IMG/VR virus record: IMGVR_UViG_3300045919_000302
Span: 85,292 to 149,291 of that record
Strand: one strand, 5' to 3'
Source: a virus
DNA: 64,000 bases
Shown here: positions 28,403 through 37,549 of the stretch, piece after piece
Layout: each line of letters starts with the position of its first letter
How positions within the stretch are numbered: position 1 is the stretch's first letter
Position numbers and translations under genes: made by a program
Notes under the pieces: model-generated
Seen by the model: the letters and a program-made list of their open reading frames with translations, nothing else
What the model was told of the DNA's origin: nothing
The model's database searches: none

Positions 28403-28978
28403 TCACTCTGGCTTGAAAGCCTCGGCCTGTATCTCTCCAGGAGAAAACACTGGCTGAATGCTGAGTCTGCGGACATTGATAAAACCACATTTTGTAAAGA
28501 GTCTGGTGAGCATGTCCATATCGAGTGCAAAATAGTGAAAATTTCCCGGGTAATTTTGACCGGCAAACAATTTAATATTCGCCCACTCTGAGTGCCCACA
28601 GTCTCCAAATATCCGGAACATATTAATCTCGTCGGTTGGGTGTTCGTCTGTTCTCCGGCCCGACAGGTAGGTTTTGCAGATGAATTCGAGATCCGGGGTA
28701 CGGAGAAAGACCCGGCCACCCGGCTTAAGGACTCGCAACCAGTCGCGCACCACGCTATCGACCTTGAGCCAGGAAACGTGCTCAACGGAGTGATTTGAGA
28801 GGATCTCGGAGGCGCACCCATCTGGAAACGGCAAGGGCTCATCCCCCATCCGGCAAACAGCCGTGAGGCCGGGCATCCCGGGATCTACGTCCACATGGAG
28901 ATATCCTGGCTGAGGATTGCCCCCACTTCCTACTTCGATCTTCACTGGTTTTGAAAAATCAACCTGGCGCAGCAGCAT
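28403..28978 (-). CDS. class I SAM-dependent methyltransferase
   Basis: IEVGSG, LPFPDG, HSVEHV, RVLKPGG...TPDL. Confidence 0.85.
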   Translation of the reverse strand: MLLRQVDFSKPVKIEVGSGGNPQPGYLHVDVDPGMPGLTAVCRMGDEPLPFPDGCASEILSNHSVEHVSWLKVDSVVRDWLRVLKPGGRVFLRTPDLEFICKTYLSGRRTDEHPTDEINMFRIFGDCGHSEWANIKLFAGQNYPGNFHYFALDMDMLTRLFTKCGFINVRRLSIQPVFSPGEIQAEAFKPE

Positions 28979-29396
28979 TATTTAACTCCATGATCTCTAT
29001 CTCAATGGTGATCCGATCAATGAGACCGGTGTTCTCTCGAATCTCGAAGCTACCTTTTTTGATTTGCTTGTCGTTCTGTATGATCCCGACCTTGAACTTG
29101 TCCTTAGGCCCGGGAGCCTGGAGGACGTCTGTGATTCCTGTAATTGCGTTATCGAAATCGACTTTGGCCTCACCCTTGAACTCGAACAGGTAATCCACCC
29201 TGAGCGGCCCCTCCAATGGCTTACGGATGCCCAGCTTGTTTTTCTGGATATTCAGCAGAATCGCACAGGTCTGTTCGTAGTCCGTAAGATTGTCGGACTT
29301 TCCCAGGAACGGTCTGCCGGTCTTTTTGTTGGTGTAGATGGGCCGGGAGTTTTTCTTCGATCGGGCCAGGACCGGGATTGAGAAAACGAATTTCAT
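28959..29396 (-). CDS. rusA: RusA-like Holliday junction resolvase
   Basis: SKKN, DFDNAITGITDVL, IIQNDKQI. Confidence 0.8.
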   Translation of the reverse strand: MKFVFSIPVLARSKKNSRPIYTNKKTGRPFLGKSDNLTDYEQTCAILLNIQKNKLGIRKPLEGPLRVDYLFEFKGEAKVDFDNAITGITDVLQAPGPKDKFKVGIIQNDKQIKKGSFEIRENTGLIDRITIEIEIMELNNAAAPG

Positions 29397-29410
29397 GCTA
29401 CCCTTTCTCT

Positions 29411-29638
29411 ATGAAGTCCCTCGAAGAACGAATTCGGGATCGGATCTGCCAGGGATGCCACGCGGCGACTTACGAGCCACACCCTGAGCAGCCCCTGGAC
29501 TATCTCAAATGCCCCACCTGCGGACACTGTCGGTTGAATAACCGAAACACAAGAGCTACCATCTGTCCAGGTGGACAGAAAGCAACTCATCGAGAACCTG
29601 GCGAAAGTGATCTATCTCGCGGCCGGCGAAAGCTATGA
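29411..29638 (+). CDS. zinc-ribbon protein (plus strand)
   Basis: CQGC...CPTCGH; start taken at MKSLEE. Confidence 0.45.
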   Translation: MKSLEERIRDRICQGCHAATYEPHPEQPLDYLKCPTCGHCRLNNRNTRATICPGGQKATHREPGESDLSRGRRKL

Positions 29639-29768
29639 CCCGTATGGAAACGTCACGAGAGCGATGAAGGACTGGTCTTTCCTGGATGAGGAAGACCGAG
29701 AGAAGTACCGCAAGTACGCCAAGGAGGTCGTGACGTACCTCGACTACGTGGGTGGGCTTAGAGTTTAG
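29571..29768 (+). CDS. small hypothetical protein (plus strand)
   Basis: Natural-looking helical sequence with GC3-rich codons. Confidence 0.55.
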   Translation: MDRKQLIENLAKVIYLAAGESYDPYGNVTRAMKDWSFLDEEDREKYRKYAKEVVTYLDYVGGLRV

Positions 29769-30600
29769 CCAGCAGGACCTGGGCCCCACTCTGGATCGCG
29801 GCCTGGACCTTCTTGTCGTCGGCGAAGAACCCGTCAATCCGGTCCGCCATGGCGCACAGCCCGATCATGACCTCGTAGAAGAACTTGGCCGCCTCATCGC
29901 TGAATGGCATCTCCTTGAGGTTCTCTTTGGTTCTTTCGTAGAGCCTGATCCGGTCATCGCCCTCACCGTGGTACGTGGCGTCGCCATGGAGAAGTTCCGT
30001 GCCGGTGAAACTGTTGAGCTTGGCGTGCCAGGAGGTATCGGATCCATGATGGTTCTCCAGGCCGGAAGTGTAAGACCACGCGGTAACGCTTCCGCTCTTC
30101 CTGATGAAGGTAACCTTAAGAACAGCCCTGGCGACGAAGCCCACGCTGTAGTGGGTGGACTGCTTCATGAGGCCGTTCAGCTTACCGTGCCACTCCCCGC
30201 TATTCTCTCCCCTCAATGAATTAGTTTTCTTGGCGTAGACCCCGCTCGGGAGAAGCGTCCCATCCTTTTCTTTCCAATAGGCCACGTCGATGTTCGTGCC
30301 GTAGAGGATCACGACCTCTTTCTTGACCTCGCAGGCCACGTAGTCAGTGGCGACGGCTTCGGAGAACTTACTCAGCTGATCGAGTCGCTTTGAGACGATC
30401 CTAGCTCTTCCCCGGTAGCGGTCGATCCCAATGTTGTCCCATTTTGAGTCAGCCTTCTTGAGACTCCGGACGGTGTCTTCGAGTTCCTCGGGGATATTCG
30501 CGCTGAATGTGCCCGAGGAGTCCACGTTGACGTCCACCTTGTGGAAGACCTTGGATCCAGGGGACTCGGCACTGAAGTAAATGCTGAACACTTTCGGCAC
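29758..30600 (-). CDS. hypothetical protein
   Basis: 280 aa, GAGGG SD. Confidence 0.75.
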   Translation of the reverse strand: MPKVFSIYFSAESPGSKVFHKVDVNVDSSGTFSANIPEELEDTVRSLKKADSKWDNIGIDRYRGRARIVSKRLDQLSKFSEAVATDYVACEVKKEVVILYGTNIDVAYWKEKDGTLLPSGVYAKKTNSLRGENSGEWHGKLNGLMKQSTHYSVGFVARAVLKVTFIRKSGSVTAWSYTSGLENHHGSDTSWHAKLNSFTGTELLHGDATYHGEGDDRIRLYERTKENLKEMPFSDEAAKFFYEVMIGLCAMADRIDGFFADDKKVQAAIQSGAQVLLAKL

Positions 30601-30612
30601 AGATATCCCTCG

Positions 30613-30837
30613 TTACTTACGGCTGCCAGGTTTCTGGCCCCCGTAGCCCTTGGACCGCCTCTTCCGTGGCTTGGGTGCGGCATTTTTCCGCTCCTGATCA
30701 ATGCCGTTCTGCCACGCCTGAACGACGACATCTCTGACCGCGCTCCTGAGGCCACCCCGAAGCAGCCCCAGGTGGATGTGCATCTCGGCGCTTTCGGCGA
30801 GTTCGTTAATATCCATTTCATTCCACATCTTTGACAT
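30613..30837 (-). CDS. hypothetical protein
   Basis: AAGGAG SD. Confidence 0.6.
   Translation of the reverse strand: MSKMWNEMDINELAESAEMHIHLGLLRGGLRSAVRDVVVQAWQNGIDQERKNAAPKPRKRRSKGYGGQKPGSRK
30618..30645 (+). repeat. 28-bp quasi-palindromic motif, copy C
   Basis: TACGGCTGCCAGGTTTCTGGCCCCCGTA. Confidence 0.8.
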
Positions 30838-30853
30838 ACAGATTCGTCTCCTT

Positions 30854-31201
30854 TCACGTTAACAAGGGGCGTTGTGCCTTGGCGATGGTAGTTCGTGCGG
30901 TTACTAGGGCGTGGTTGTTTTCTCCACCAAGGCTATTGATGCGTTGGTACTCCTCAACGTAAGCAACCAATCCTTTCAACGCTGCCAGCATCTCCGGCGC
31001 GGCGGCGATCAACCGGGCGTTGGACGAAGCCGCTCCAGTGAACCGATGAACCGTGGCCACCTTGAAATTGCCGTTTATATCGGAGTCCGGGCAATCAACC
31101 CGGATGCTGTACTCGTTCGGCTTTCCCTTTCCGCCGCCGAGCATAGACGCCTTCCACGGGCCAGGGGTAAACGATTTCAGGGACCGATCATCTTGACTCA
31201 T
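30854..31201 (-). CDS. phage protein with TPGPW...NARLIAAAPE motif
   Basis: FTPGPW...NARLIAAAPEMLAAL. Confidence 0.75.
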   Translation of the reverse strand: MSQDDRSLKSFTPGPWKASMLGGGKGKPNEYSIRVDCPDSDINGNFKVATVHRFTGAASSNARLIAAAPEMLAALKGLVAYVEEYQRINSLGGENNHALVTARTTIAKAQRPLLT

Positions 31202-31524
31202 TTATTGATCTCCTTTTCGGACTCGCCTTGTGCTGCCTGAATTCCATCTTTCGCCCATATGCGAATCCAAGCCAAAAGCTCTTTAGAGTCTCTCTTTTTC
31301 CGACCATCTGCCTCAGCGACGATACGCTCAAGAATGTCGAGCATTTTTGGCGATGCCGCGACTAATTGAGCATCTGCGAGCTTCTTTGGGTACTTTTCAT
31401 CGCTCAATATTTCGCGTTTATATTTTCCGGCGATGGTCGATCCGCACGCTTCATCCCCTTCAACGAAGCAATCGCCGTTAAGCTCACGAACCACCCACGG
31501 GGCATTAGTATGTTTTCTATTCAC
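31198..31524 (-). CDS. paralog of adjacent TPGPW-type protein
   Basis: HTNAPW...ADAQLVAASPKML; GTG start. Confidence 0.7.
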   Translation of the reverse strand: MNRKHTNAPWVVRELNGDCFVEGDEACGSTIAGKYKREILSDEKYPKKLADAQLVAASPKMLDILERIVAEADGRKKRDSKELLAWIRIWAKDGIQAAQGESEKEINK

Positions 31525-31744
31525 GAGTCGTCTCCCCCTCGGACAATGCGACCTTCTCAAGCTCTTCCGCCAAATCGGTAATGAAGGGAGCCGAGCACTC
31601 CAACCTGTGTCCGCCCAGGCGCTCCTTCACTGAACAGGCGCACCCGCTATTGAGATGGTCGATACACTCCTTGAGGATGCCGACCAGGCTTTCGAGTTTT
31701 TCAACGCGCTTCTCAAGCGTTTCTGGTTTTCTTTTCTTAGCCAC
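31517..31744 (-). CDS. hypothetical protein
   Basis: Coupled small ORF. Confidence 0.6.
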   Translation of the reverse strand: MAKKRKPETLEKRVEKLESLVGILKECIDHLNSGCACSVKERLGGHRLECSAPFITDLAEELEKVALSEGETTRE

Positions 31745-32147
31745 GAGTCGTCGCCTCTCCAGTCAATGCTTTTCCCATGGCTTTTTTGATCTGAGAGCAT
31801 CGCTTAGAGGCTTCCTCTGCCCGCTCTCTGAAGTCCGCAAGCATGTCCTCAAGAGCCCTCTTTGCGGTTGTCCCATGACCACGGCAGTCGCTGTTGTAGG
31901 CCGCCGTATAGTCATCTCTTGTTGAACTCGGGAGGTAAACCTGGATCTGACCCAAGACCGCACTTCCGTGCCAGCCGAAGTTCTCCCACACGCGGGGTTC
32001 GAACCCATTGCCCAGCTGTTTACAGAGCTTCTCCGCCCGGGTCTTCGCCCGCTGGTAGTCCTTCCACTTGCACCCCCACCCGCAGGCCGGGGCACAGTAA
32101 ATATTGCCAGACCGCTCCGGTTTCCATGACAGTTTTTCGTCTTTCAT
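31737..32147 (-). CDS. hypothetical protein
   Basis: YCAPACGWGC...PRVWENFGWH. Confidence 0.7.
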   Translation of the reverse strand: MKDEKLSWKPERSGNIYCAPACGWGCKWKDYQRAKTRAEKLCKQLGNGFEPRVWENFGWHGSAVLGQIQVYLPSSTRDDYTAAYNSDCRGHGTTAKRALEDMLADFRERAEEASKRCSQIKKAMGKALTGEATTRG

Positions 32148-32524
32148 CCAGCCCCCAGGCTCTTTCTGGTTTCTTTATCTTCTCGGACGGCAGCTCTCTG
32201 TAGGCTTTCCGCCTCTTTCTCCGCGTCAACGGCAGCCTGAAGATCTTGGTCAAAGATGTCTTCGTCACCGGTCAAGAGGTAACGCCACTCAGCTCGGAGT
32301 CTGAGATTTGCCCTCTCCATTGCGAGCCGGTAGAGCAGGATGAGTTGTTCCGGAGTCAAAAACTGGGAACCACTTTCTACCCGGCTGACGCCGGCCTGGT
32401 GAAGATCCAAAATCTTCCCCCATTCGGTTTGGCTGACCCCCAGGTCTTTTCTCAGACGTTTAACCAAAGGACCGATATCGTCTTGCACGGAATACTTTTT
32501 ACTCTTCTTTTTCTTCGCCATCAA
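32144..32524 (-). CDS. XRE-family HTH regulator
   Basis: VKRLRKDLGVSQTEWGKILDLHQAGVSRVESG. Confidence 0.8.
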   Translation of the reverse strand: MMAKKKKSKKYSVQDDIGPLVKRLRKDLGVSQTEWGKILDLHQAGVSRVESGSQFLTPEQLILLYRLAMERANLRLRAEWRYLLTGDEDIFDQDLQAAVDAEKEAESLQRAAVREDKETRKSLGAG

Positions 32525-32757
32525 GCCTCCCAGGGTTGAACATTATCCGGTGGCTGCACCGGTTCAATTTCTAGTCGATCTAAAACTCGCCTCCAGCGAA
32601 AACGCCCGCTCTCGCACGCATCCTCCAGGGCTCGCTCCATAGACAGCCGGATCTCCTCCGGCACATGGACCGATGCCTCACACAAGAGGCCCAAGACTCT
32701 CAGGTAACGCATTTTTAGATCTGTTTCTGGGTCTGGTTTACTCTGCGGTGCGCTCAT
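32521..32757 (-). CDS. hypothetical protein
   Basis: Coupled small ORF. Confidence 0.6.
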   Translation of the reverse strand: MSAPQSKPDPETDLKMRYLRVLGLLCEASVHVPEEIRLSMERALEDACESGRFRWRRVLDRLEIEPVQPPDNVQPWEA

Positions 32758-33376
32758 AAGAGATCTCCTGTTCTTCTTCGACGAAGTCGTGCTTCACCGT
32801 CTTTTGCTCTGAGGCATGGACTTTTGCCAACTCGCGAAAGGCTTTCATTTCACTGGTCGGGTTCAGGGCTGGCATGTACTTCGGCAAGCTCTGGTTGAAC
32901 CGCTCGACGGTCTCGCTCCACTCGCTAGGCTCGCCTTCATGAACCCAGCGAGTAGCCGCGATTACCTGTCCAGTGGTCGCATCGGTCAGGGAAATCGTCT
33001 GACTGCACCGAAGGTAAACGCTGAAAACCCCGGCCTGGCGGTCGCATCGCTCATGGGCGGTGATAACCCCTCCCACGCCGTAAAGTTTTTTGAAAAGGGC
33101 ATATTTCTCCGTGTCGTCAAACCGATCCGTCTTACCCCGGTGGAGCCTGTCCTGCTCCTTGAGAGCGGCCCGGTAGCCGGCCGAACGGTCCACAACGAAC
33201 CACTTCCCGCTCTCGACCAGCAGGGCCTGGATTGCGTTGTAATCGTCACCCTGGATCGAGTCTGGGTCCAGCATCACGCGCATCACGGGGGCGCTGTCGC
33301 GGGTCAACGCGAGCTTGCCGCTGGAACATCCGGTCAGGAGAAAGAGGACCGCCAGAATTAAAGATTCAGTTTTCAT
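32738..33376 (-). CDS. lipoprotein, CsgG-like
   Basis: Lipobox LTGC; LVESGKWFVVDR...LKEQ...DATTGQVI. Confidence 0.65.
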   Translation of the reverse strand: MKTESLILAVLFLLTGCSSGKLALTRDSAPVMRVMLDPDSIQGDDYNAIQALLVESGKWFVVDRSAGYRAALKEQDRLHRGKTDRFDDTEKYALFKKLYGVGGVITAHERCDRQAGVFSVYLRCSQTISLTDATTGQVIAATRWVHEGEPSEWSETVERFNQSLPKYMPALNPTSEMKAFRELAKVHASEQKTVKHDFVEEEQEISYERTAE

Positions 33377-33382
33377 AGAATC

Positions 33383-33418
33383 AGCTTCTCATACCTGTAA
33401 TCAAACGTAAACTGTGTC
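33383..33418 (-). promoter_or_regulatory. sigma70-like promoter (probably leaderless transcript)
   Basis: TTTACG-TTTGATTACAGGTATGA(17)-GAAGCT, 6 nt, ATG. Confidence 0.65.
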
Positions 33419-33456
33419 CCAGTAGACCTGCCAGAATCTTGTTGATTTCATTGGCA

Positions 33457-33636
33457 TCACTTCTGTTTTCTAGAAATGTGCTTGATCGCCCGTGTCAAGC
33501 GGTCGTGGACCTTCTTCGCTCGACCGAGCGGAACCCTCACCCAGTTCCCGGACTTGGTACCCTGGAACCAGATCTTGCCCTCGGACACTTCAACTCGCGG
33601 GAAAACAGGACGGGACATCTCTCTAGGCTTTCTCAT
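33457..33636 (-). CDS. small basic protein (59 aa)
   Basis: Not in ORF track; MRKPREMSRPVFPRVEVSEGKIWFQG...; AAGGAG SD. Confidence 0.6.
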   Translation of the reverse strand: MRKPREMSRPVFPRVEVSEGKIWFQGTKSGNWVRVPLGRAKKVHDRLTRAIKHISRKQK

Positions 33637-33655
33637 TTTTGTCTCCTTGTTTTAT

Positions 33656-33850
33656 TCACAGTTCTTCTCCTCTTTCGACATGAATCCCCATGTCGTCAAG
33701 ACAGTGGGTAAGCATCTGCCTGATCAATTCTTGTTTGGTGAGTCCCGACTTCTTAACCGCTTCATCCAGGGCATGGGCGATGGATTCAGACAGGTTGAGC
33801 GAAACCACTTCCCTCCGTTTGGGCTTGGGTTTCGTCGGGACAAAAGTCAC
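33656..33850 (-). CDS. ribbon-helix-helix (CopG-like) protein
   Basis: VVSLNLSESIAHALDEAVKKSGLTKQELIRQML. Confidence 0.7.
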   Translation of the reverse strand: MTFVPTKPKPKRREVVSLNLSESIAHALDEAVKKSGLTKQELIRQMLTHCLDDMGIHVERGEEL

Positions 33851-34224
33851 CGATTCCCGCCCCGGTAAAACAGGGAGTGAAGAACTTCGACCAGTTCGAA
33901 GGCGAAAACTCTTTCCACTCTGCACTTTTCAAGCTCCTTTCTGACGGGCTTTCCGGTCCTGAGTTCGATCACCCCTGGATCCTCTGGGGTCGCGAAGGTC
34001 ACGATCACTGTGTAGAGATCCGAGGCTTCCAGGACGATCTCAAGCTCGGTGATCTTCGAGCTGAACGCAGTCGGTTCCGAACGGTACCGGATTCCGCCAT
34101 AGGCCCCGTGGGGTTCGAAGGCTACCGCCGACTCCATGTCCACTCCAGACTCCAGGAAGAAGGCGTTGTCCCCGTCGAAGATCTGCTCGGTGATCCGCTG
34201 GGCGTAGCGCTCGAAGTCCTTCAC
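33847..34224 (-). CDS. hypothetical protein
   Basis: Coupled ORF. Confidence 0.65.
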   Translation of the reverse strand: MKDFERYAQRITEQIFDGDNAFFLESGVDMESAVAFEPHGAYGGIRYRSEPTAFSSKITELEIVLEASDLYTVIVTFATPEDPGVIELRTGKPVRKELEKCRVERVFAFELVEVLHSLFYRGGNR

Positions 34225-34406
34225 TTGCGCACCTTCTTGAGAGGTGTGGCGCTGCCGATAACGCGAAGCATACCGTTGAGGCGCTTCAGCTCGTTCCGAT
34301 AGCTCTGGTCTGTCGCGCCGAAGCTATGAATGTTTTCGATGCGGTTCTCTACCTGTTGGCGAATGTTATTGAGCATGCGCCTGCTCGTCACGAGTTTGAC
34401 CTTCAT
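34221..34406 (-). CDS. hypothetical protein
   Basis: Start MKVKLV gives ATGA overlap. Confidence 0.55.
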   Translation of the reverse strand: MKVKLVTSRRMLNNIRQQVENRIENIHSFGATDQSYRNELKRLNGMLRVIGSATPLKKVRK

Positions 34407-34714
34407 CCGAAAAGCTTCTTTCTCTGACCACGAGTAAGATAGCGCTTGTTCTCTCTCGTGAAATGGAAGGCACGGAATGTTGCTGCGCCTGCCTTTCTGC
34501 AAAACTCTATCTTCATGGCGGAAAGCTCTTCGAACGCCTGATCCCTCGTTGCGAGTTGCCTCCGTCCACGTGTTGGCATTTCTTGAATCTGACTCATTAT
34601 TTCTGACAGCTCGCGAGACATTCTCTCCATGTCAATTCCTTGGGCCTTCATGCACTCAAAGAAGTACCCTCTGGCTCGAATTCCCCTCTCCAACCATTTC
34701 TCTCGCTTACTCAT
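34403..34714 (-). CDS. hypothetical protein
   Basis: Start MSKREK gives ATGA overlap. Confidence 0.55.
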   Translation of the reverse strand: MSKREKWLERGIRARGYFFECMKAQGIDMERMSRELSEIMSQIQEMPTRGRRQLATRDQAFEELSAMKIEFCRKAGAATFRAFHFTRENKRYLTRGQRKKLFG

Positions 34715-34935
34715 GACCGCCTCTTCCAGAGAGTAAACTTGGCATGAACGGTCCCGCACTCGTCGATCTTGGGATCTTCGCCGGCAAAGACACCCAGGAT
34801 CTGACTGCTCCTGCACCGACAGAACTTGAGCGCTTGCGCCACCGTGTGCCCTCTGCCCCAGACGTTTGGGCCGATGACCAGAAACATCTTCGCTCCTGGC
34901 GGGAGCTTCAGTTTCAACAGCTCGGATTTCCTCAT
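34711..34935 (-). CDS. hypothetical protein
   Basis: Coupled small ORF. Confidence 0.55.
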   Translation of the reverse strand: MRKSELLKLKLPPGAKMFLVIGPNVWGRGHTVAQALKFCRCRSSQILGVFAGEDPKIDECGTVHAKFTLWKRRS

Positions 34936-35492
34936 TGGTACACCACATGGATCGGAGCGAGCGCCGTGAAGTCGTAGGGCTGCGTCGTGGAAACTAGGAC
35001 GCCAAGAGAAGTGGCGCTTGTCCCAAGGGGCCCGGAACCGAAGTTAGATAGGACCGACCCGCTACAATAGCTCTGACTGATGACGCCCCCGCCAGCCAGG
35101 GCAGAAGCAACCATGAAGTACCCGTTGCCATCGAAAACGATGCTTTTACCGGCCTCCCCGACCCAGTTAAATGAATAGCCAGTCCCAGTGCAATTCATGC
35201 CAGAATAATACACATAGGAGACGACATAGGTCCCAGTCTTCAGATTGACCTTTGCGTAGACGTCTGCGGACGGGATGTAAACATCCGCTCTCCCTTGATC
35301 TTCAAATCCAACCACGTAAGCCGCGATCGATCCGTCGGCCGCCGTGATAACCGCCGTTTTAAACGTGGCCTGTGGAGCCTGGACCGGAGCCGTTGCCTGC
35401 GGGGCCGTGGTCTCGACCGAGACACTGTCTGGAGCCGGCTGGCCGTTGCATCCTGAGAAAACGAGACAAAGAACGAGTAAAAGCTTCTTCAT
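34932..35492 (-). CDS. lipoprotein
   Basis: MKKLLLVLCLVFSGC lipobox; AAGGAG SD. Confidence 0.75.
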   Translation of the reverse strand: MKKLLLVLCLVFSGCNGQPAPDSVSVETTAPQATAPVQAPQATFKTAVITAADGSIAAYVVGFEDQGRADVYIPSADVYAKVNLKTGTYVVSYVYYSGMNCTGTGYSFNWVGEAGKSIVFDGNGYFMVASALAGGGVISQSYCSGSVLSNFGSGPLGTSATSLGVLVSTTQPYDFTALAPIHVVYQ

Positions 35493-35501
35493 ATGTACTC
35501 C

Positions 35502-35690
35502 TTATTTTTTCTTAAGCGTTCTGGCCTTAGCGGGAACTCTCAACTCGACTCCGCAGCAATCGCACTTCAATATCTCGGGCAGCGGATCCGAGAGTGGAAA
35601 CATGTGTGACCCAGACGCGGCCGAAATATGCTCTCCGCACTCGGGGCAGGTGAATTCGATAACGGCGATATGCATGACAGCGGCCTTCAT
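35502..35690 (-). CDS. zinc-ribbon protein
   Basis: CPECG...CDCCG. Confidence 0.65.
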   Translation of the reverse strand: MKAAVMHIAVIEFTCPECGEHISAASGSHMFPLSDPLPEILKCDCCGVELRVPAKARTLKKK

Positions 35691-35941
35691 TTGGGCTCCG
35701 TATCGATGATTTCCTGGATCTCTTCAAGGGTGAGCTTGTCCCAGATCAACTCCAGTCGGTTCGAGTAGCTATCCGGTTCCGGGCCTTCCCGATGGTTCGG
35801 GTTGGCAGCGAGAGCGGCATTGTGGGCTTTGCTCGTGAGCACCCAGAGCCGCCGACAAAGGGCAGCGCTGACCTCCCAGCACTCGGCAATCACGTCGGCG
35901 CGGACGTAGAGTAGACCCTGCGGGCAGCGACCGGTCTTCAT
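35687..35941 (-). CDS. hypothetical protein
   Basis: AGGAGG SD, ATGA overlap. Confidence 0.6.
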   Translation of the reverse strand: MKTGRCPQGLLYVRADVIAECWEVSAALCRRLWVLTSKAHNAALAANPNHREGPEPDSYSNRLELIWDKLTLEEIQEIIDTEPK

Positions 35942-36300
35942 GCGGCCTCCTGAACCCAAGGACCATAGCGTCTGTAGACGTCCATCATGTTGCGGCACTG
36001 GACTTTGGTGAATTTCGAAACCTTGCGAGCGCGGTGGGTCTTGTAGTACTCGGCGATCGGCATGCGGTAGCCGAACCAGTGGTCGAGCACGATCCCGCCG
36101 TACTCCAGCCAGGAGTGGTGCTCGGGGCCGTTCTCGGTGGTGATCCAGCCCTGGCAGACGAGCCAGGCCGGGTTACGAAGCTGGAAGTGAACCGGATCGC
36201 GGTAGCGTGGGTTCGCGACGAATCCGCCCGGGACGAAGCGCTTAGCCTTCGGGAAGAGGGCTCGGAACTGCTTGACGGTCATGATTCGTTTTGTAGCCAT
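35938..36300 (-). CDS. hypothetical protein
   Basis: HHSWLEYGGIVLD. Confidence 0.65.
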   Translation of the reverse strand: MATKRIMTVKQFRALFPKAKRFVPGGFVANPRYRDPVHFQLRNPAWLVCQGWITTENGPEHHSWLEYGGIVLDHWFGYRMPIAEYYKTHRARKVSKFTKVQCRNMMDVYRRYGPWVQEAA

Positions 36301-36375
36301 ACCTAAACACTACAGTATCTACTACAAAACGTACAGAGAAATAACGCTGCGGGCAATGCTAATAATTACGATGTA

Positions 36376-37134
36376 TTACAGCTTATCTTCCAGGCCCGGA
36401 ACGGCAGAAAGTCGGCTCATAATGCCCAAATCAGCAGCCCAAGTCTTCACAAAAGCCCAGTCCACAGGCTTCTCCGCCAGCTCGGAAATGTGCGAAATGT
36501 CCTTCGGGCGTCCCGAGGCAAGCTTGGTCAGGATGAAACCCTCGATCGAGGGTAGCAAGATCTTGCGCCCCAGAATCTGGGTTGGCTTCGCAAATTCGAA
36601 AAGAGCCTCGGCGAACTCACGATCCAGGTATTCGATCACATCCAGCTCGCGGCCGTTGAGCCCGTACTTGTGCAGAAGCCTCTTGGGCTTCGAGTAGTCG
36701 ATCACCTGCTTGAATTCAAAGCCCGCTGCCCGAAGTTTTTTGTCGATCTTGACGATGTCCTGGGTGTGAACGAAGACATCGAAGTCCTCGGTCGCTGAAG
36801 CCTGGCCCTGAAGGATTGACTTCGCAAATCCACCCCCGAGCAAGAATCCACCACCCATCACCTCGATGCACCTCTTCACGAAGTCAAGAAGAGACATCCT
36901 CGCAGGAGCGCCGGTCATCTCGGCCAGGACCGATTCGATCTCCGAAATCTCGCTGACGACATCGCGCTTGAGCAGGGCTCTAACGTCCCGCTCAAGAAGA
37001 TCCACTCGCTCGTGGATTGTTGTTTTGCCGCGCCTGGGGCGACCGCCGATCTGGCCGTTGCGCCGCGCCGCTGCGGCCTTGGCTTCCGATTTAACTTTTC
37101 CAAGACGAACAGCTGCGGAGTTTTTGCGGTACAT
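36376..37134 (-). CDS. nucleotidyltransferase (AbiEii/DUF6036-like)
   Basis: LGGGFA...TEDFDVFV...LTKLASGRPKD; start at MYRK, 6 nt after TATAGT. Confidence 0.7.
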   Translation of the reverse strand: MYRKNSAAVRLGKVKSEAKAAAARRNGQIGGRPRRGKTTIHERVDLLERDVRALLKRDVVSEISEIESVLAEMTGAPARMSLLDFVKRCIEVMGGGFLLGGGFAKSILQGQASATEDFDVFVHTQDIVKIDKKLRAAGFEFKQVIDYSKPKRLLHKYGLNGRELDVIEYLDREFAEALFEFAKPTQILGRKILLPSIEGFILTKLASGRPKDISHISELAEKPVDWAFVKTWAADLGIMSRLSAVPGLEDKL

Positions 37135-37162
37135 GGAGGCACTATAACCCAACGGTGGCCGT

Positions 37163-37543
37163 TCAGGAAGCCCCGAGCTTACTTCCTTGAAACGACGGGA
37201 GAAGGTGATGATGGGGGCCCTTTTCTTCGGCATCAAAGGCGTCATTGTACTGCTTCACGAGCGAATGAAAAGAAACCCCGAACTTCTTCTGGAAATAAAT
37301 ATTACCCAAAAGATGGACTCCCCCATTGCCTACATGATGATTGTGGCAAAGAGGAATGCAGGTACGATCGGATCCTCCGGCACCACGAGATTTTACATGG
37401 TGTGCATGGACTGGCCACGGAGTTCCGCATCCTGAGATGGCGCAATCCCAGGCATGAATCCAAAAAACGAAATACCCGTCGATCTCTCGGGTTGGCTTTC
37501 TCGCGCTTTTTTTTGGCTTTGGAAATTTAAAGTCTTCAGTCAT
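37163..37543 (-). CDS. HNH-like (DUF968/Ref-type) nuclease
   Basis: CAISGC...HAHHVKSRGAGGSD...IPLCHNHH. Confidence 0.75.
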   Translation of the reverse strand: MTEDFKFPKPKKSARKPTREIDGYFVFWIHAWDCAISGCGTPWPVHAHHVKSRGAGGSDRTCIPLCHNHHVGNGGVHLLGNIYFQKKFGVSFHSLVKQYNDAFDAEEKGPHHHLLPSFQGSKLGAS

Positions 37544-37549
37544 GTGACC

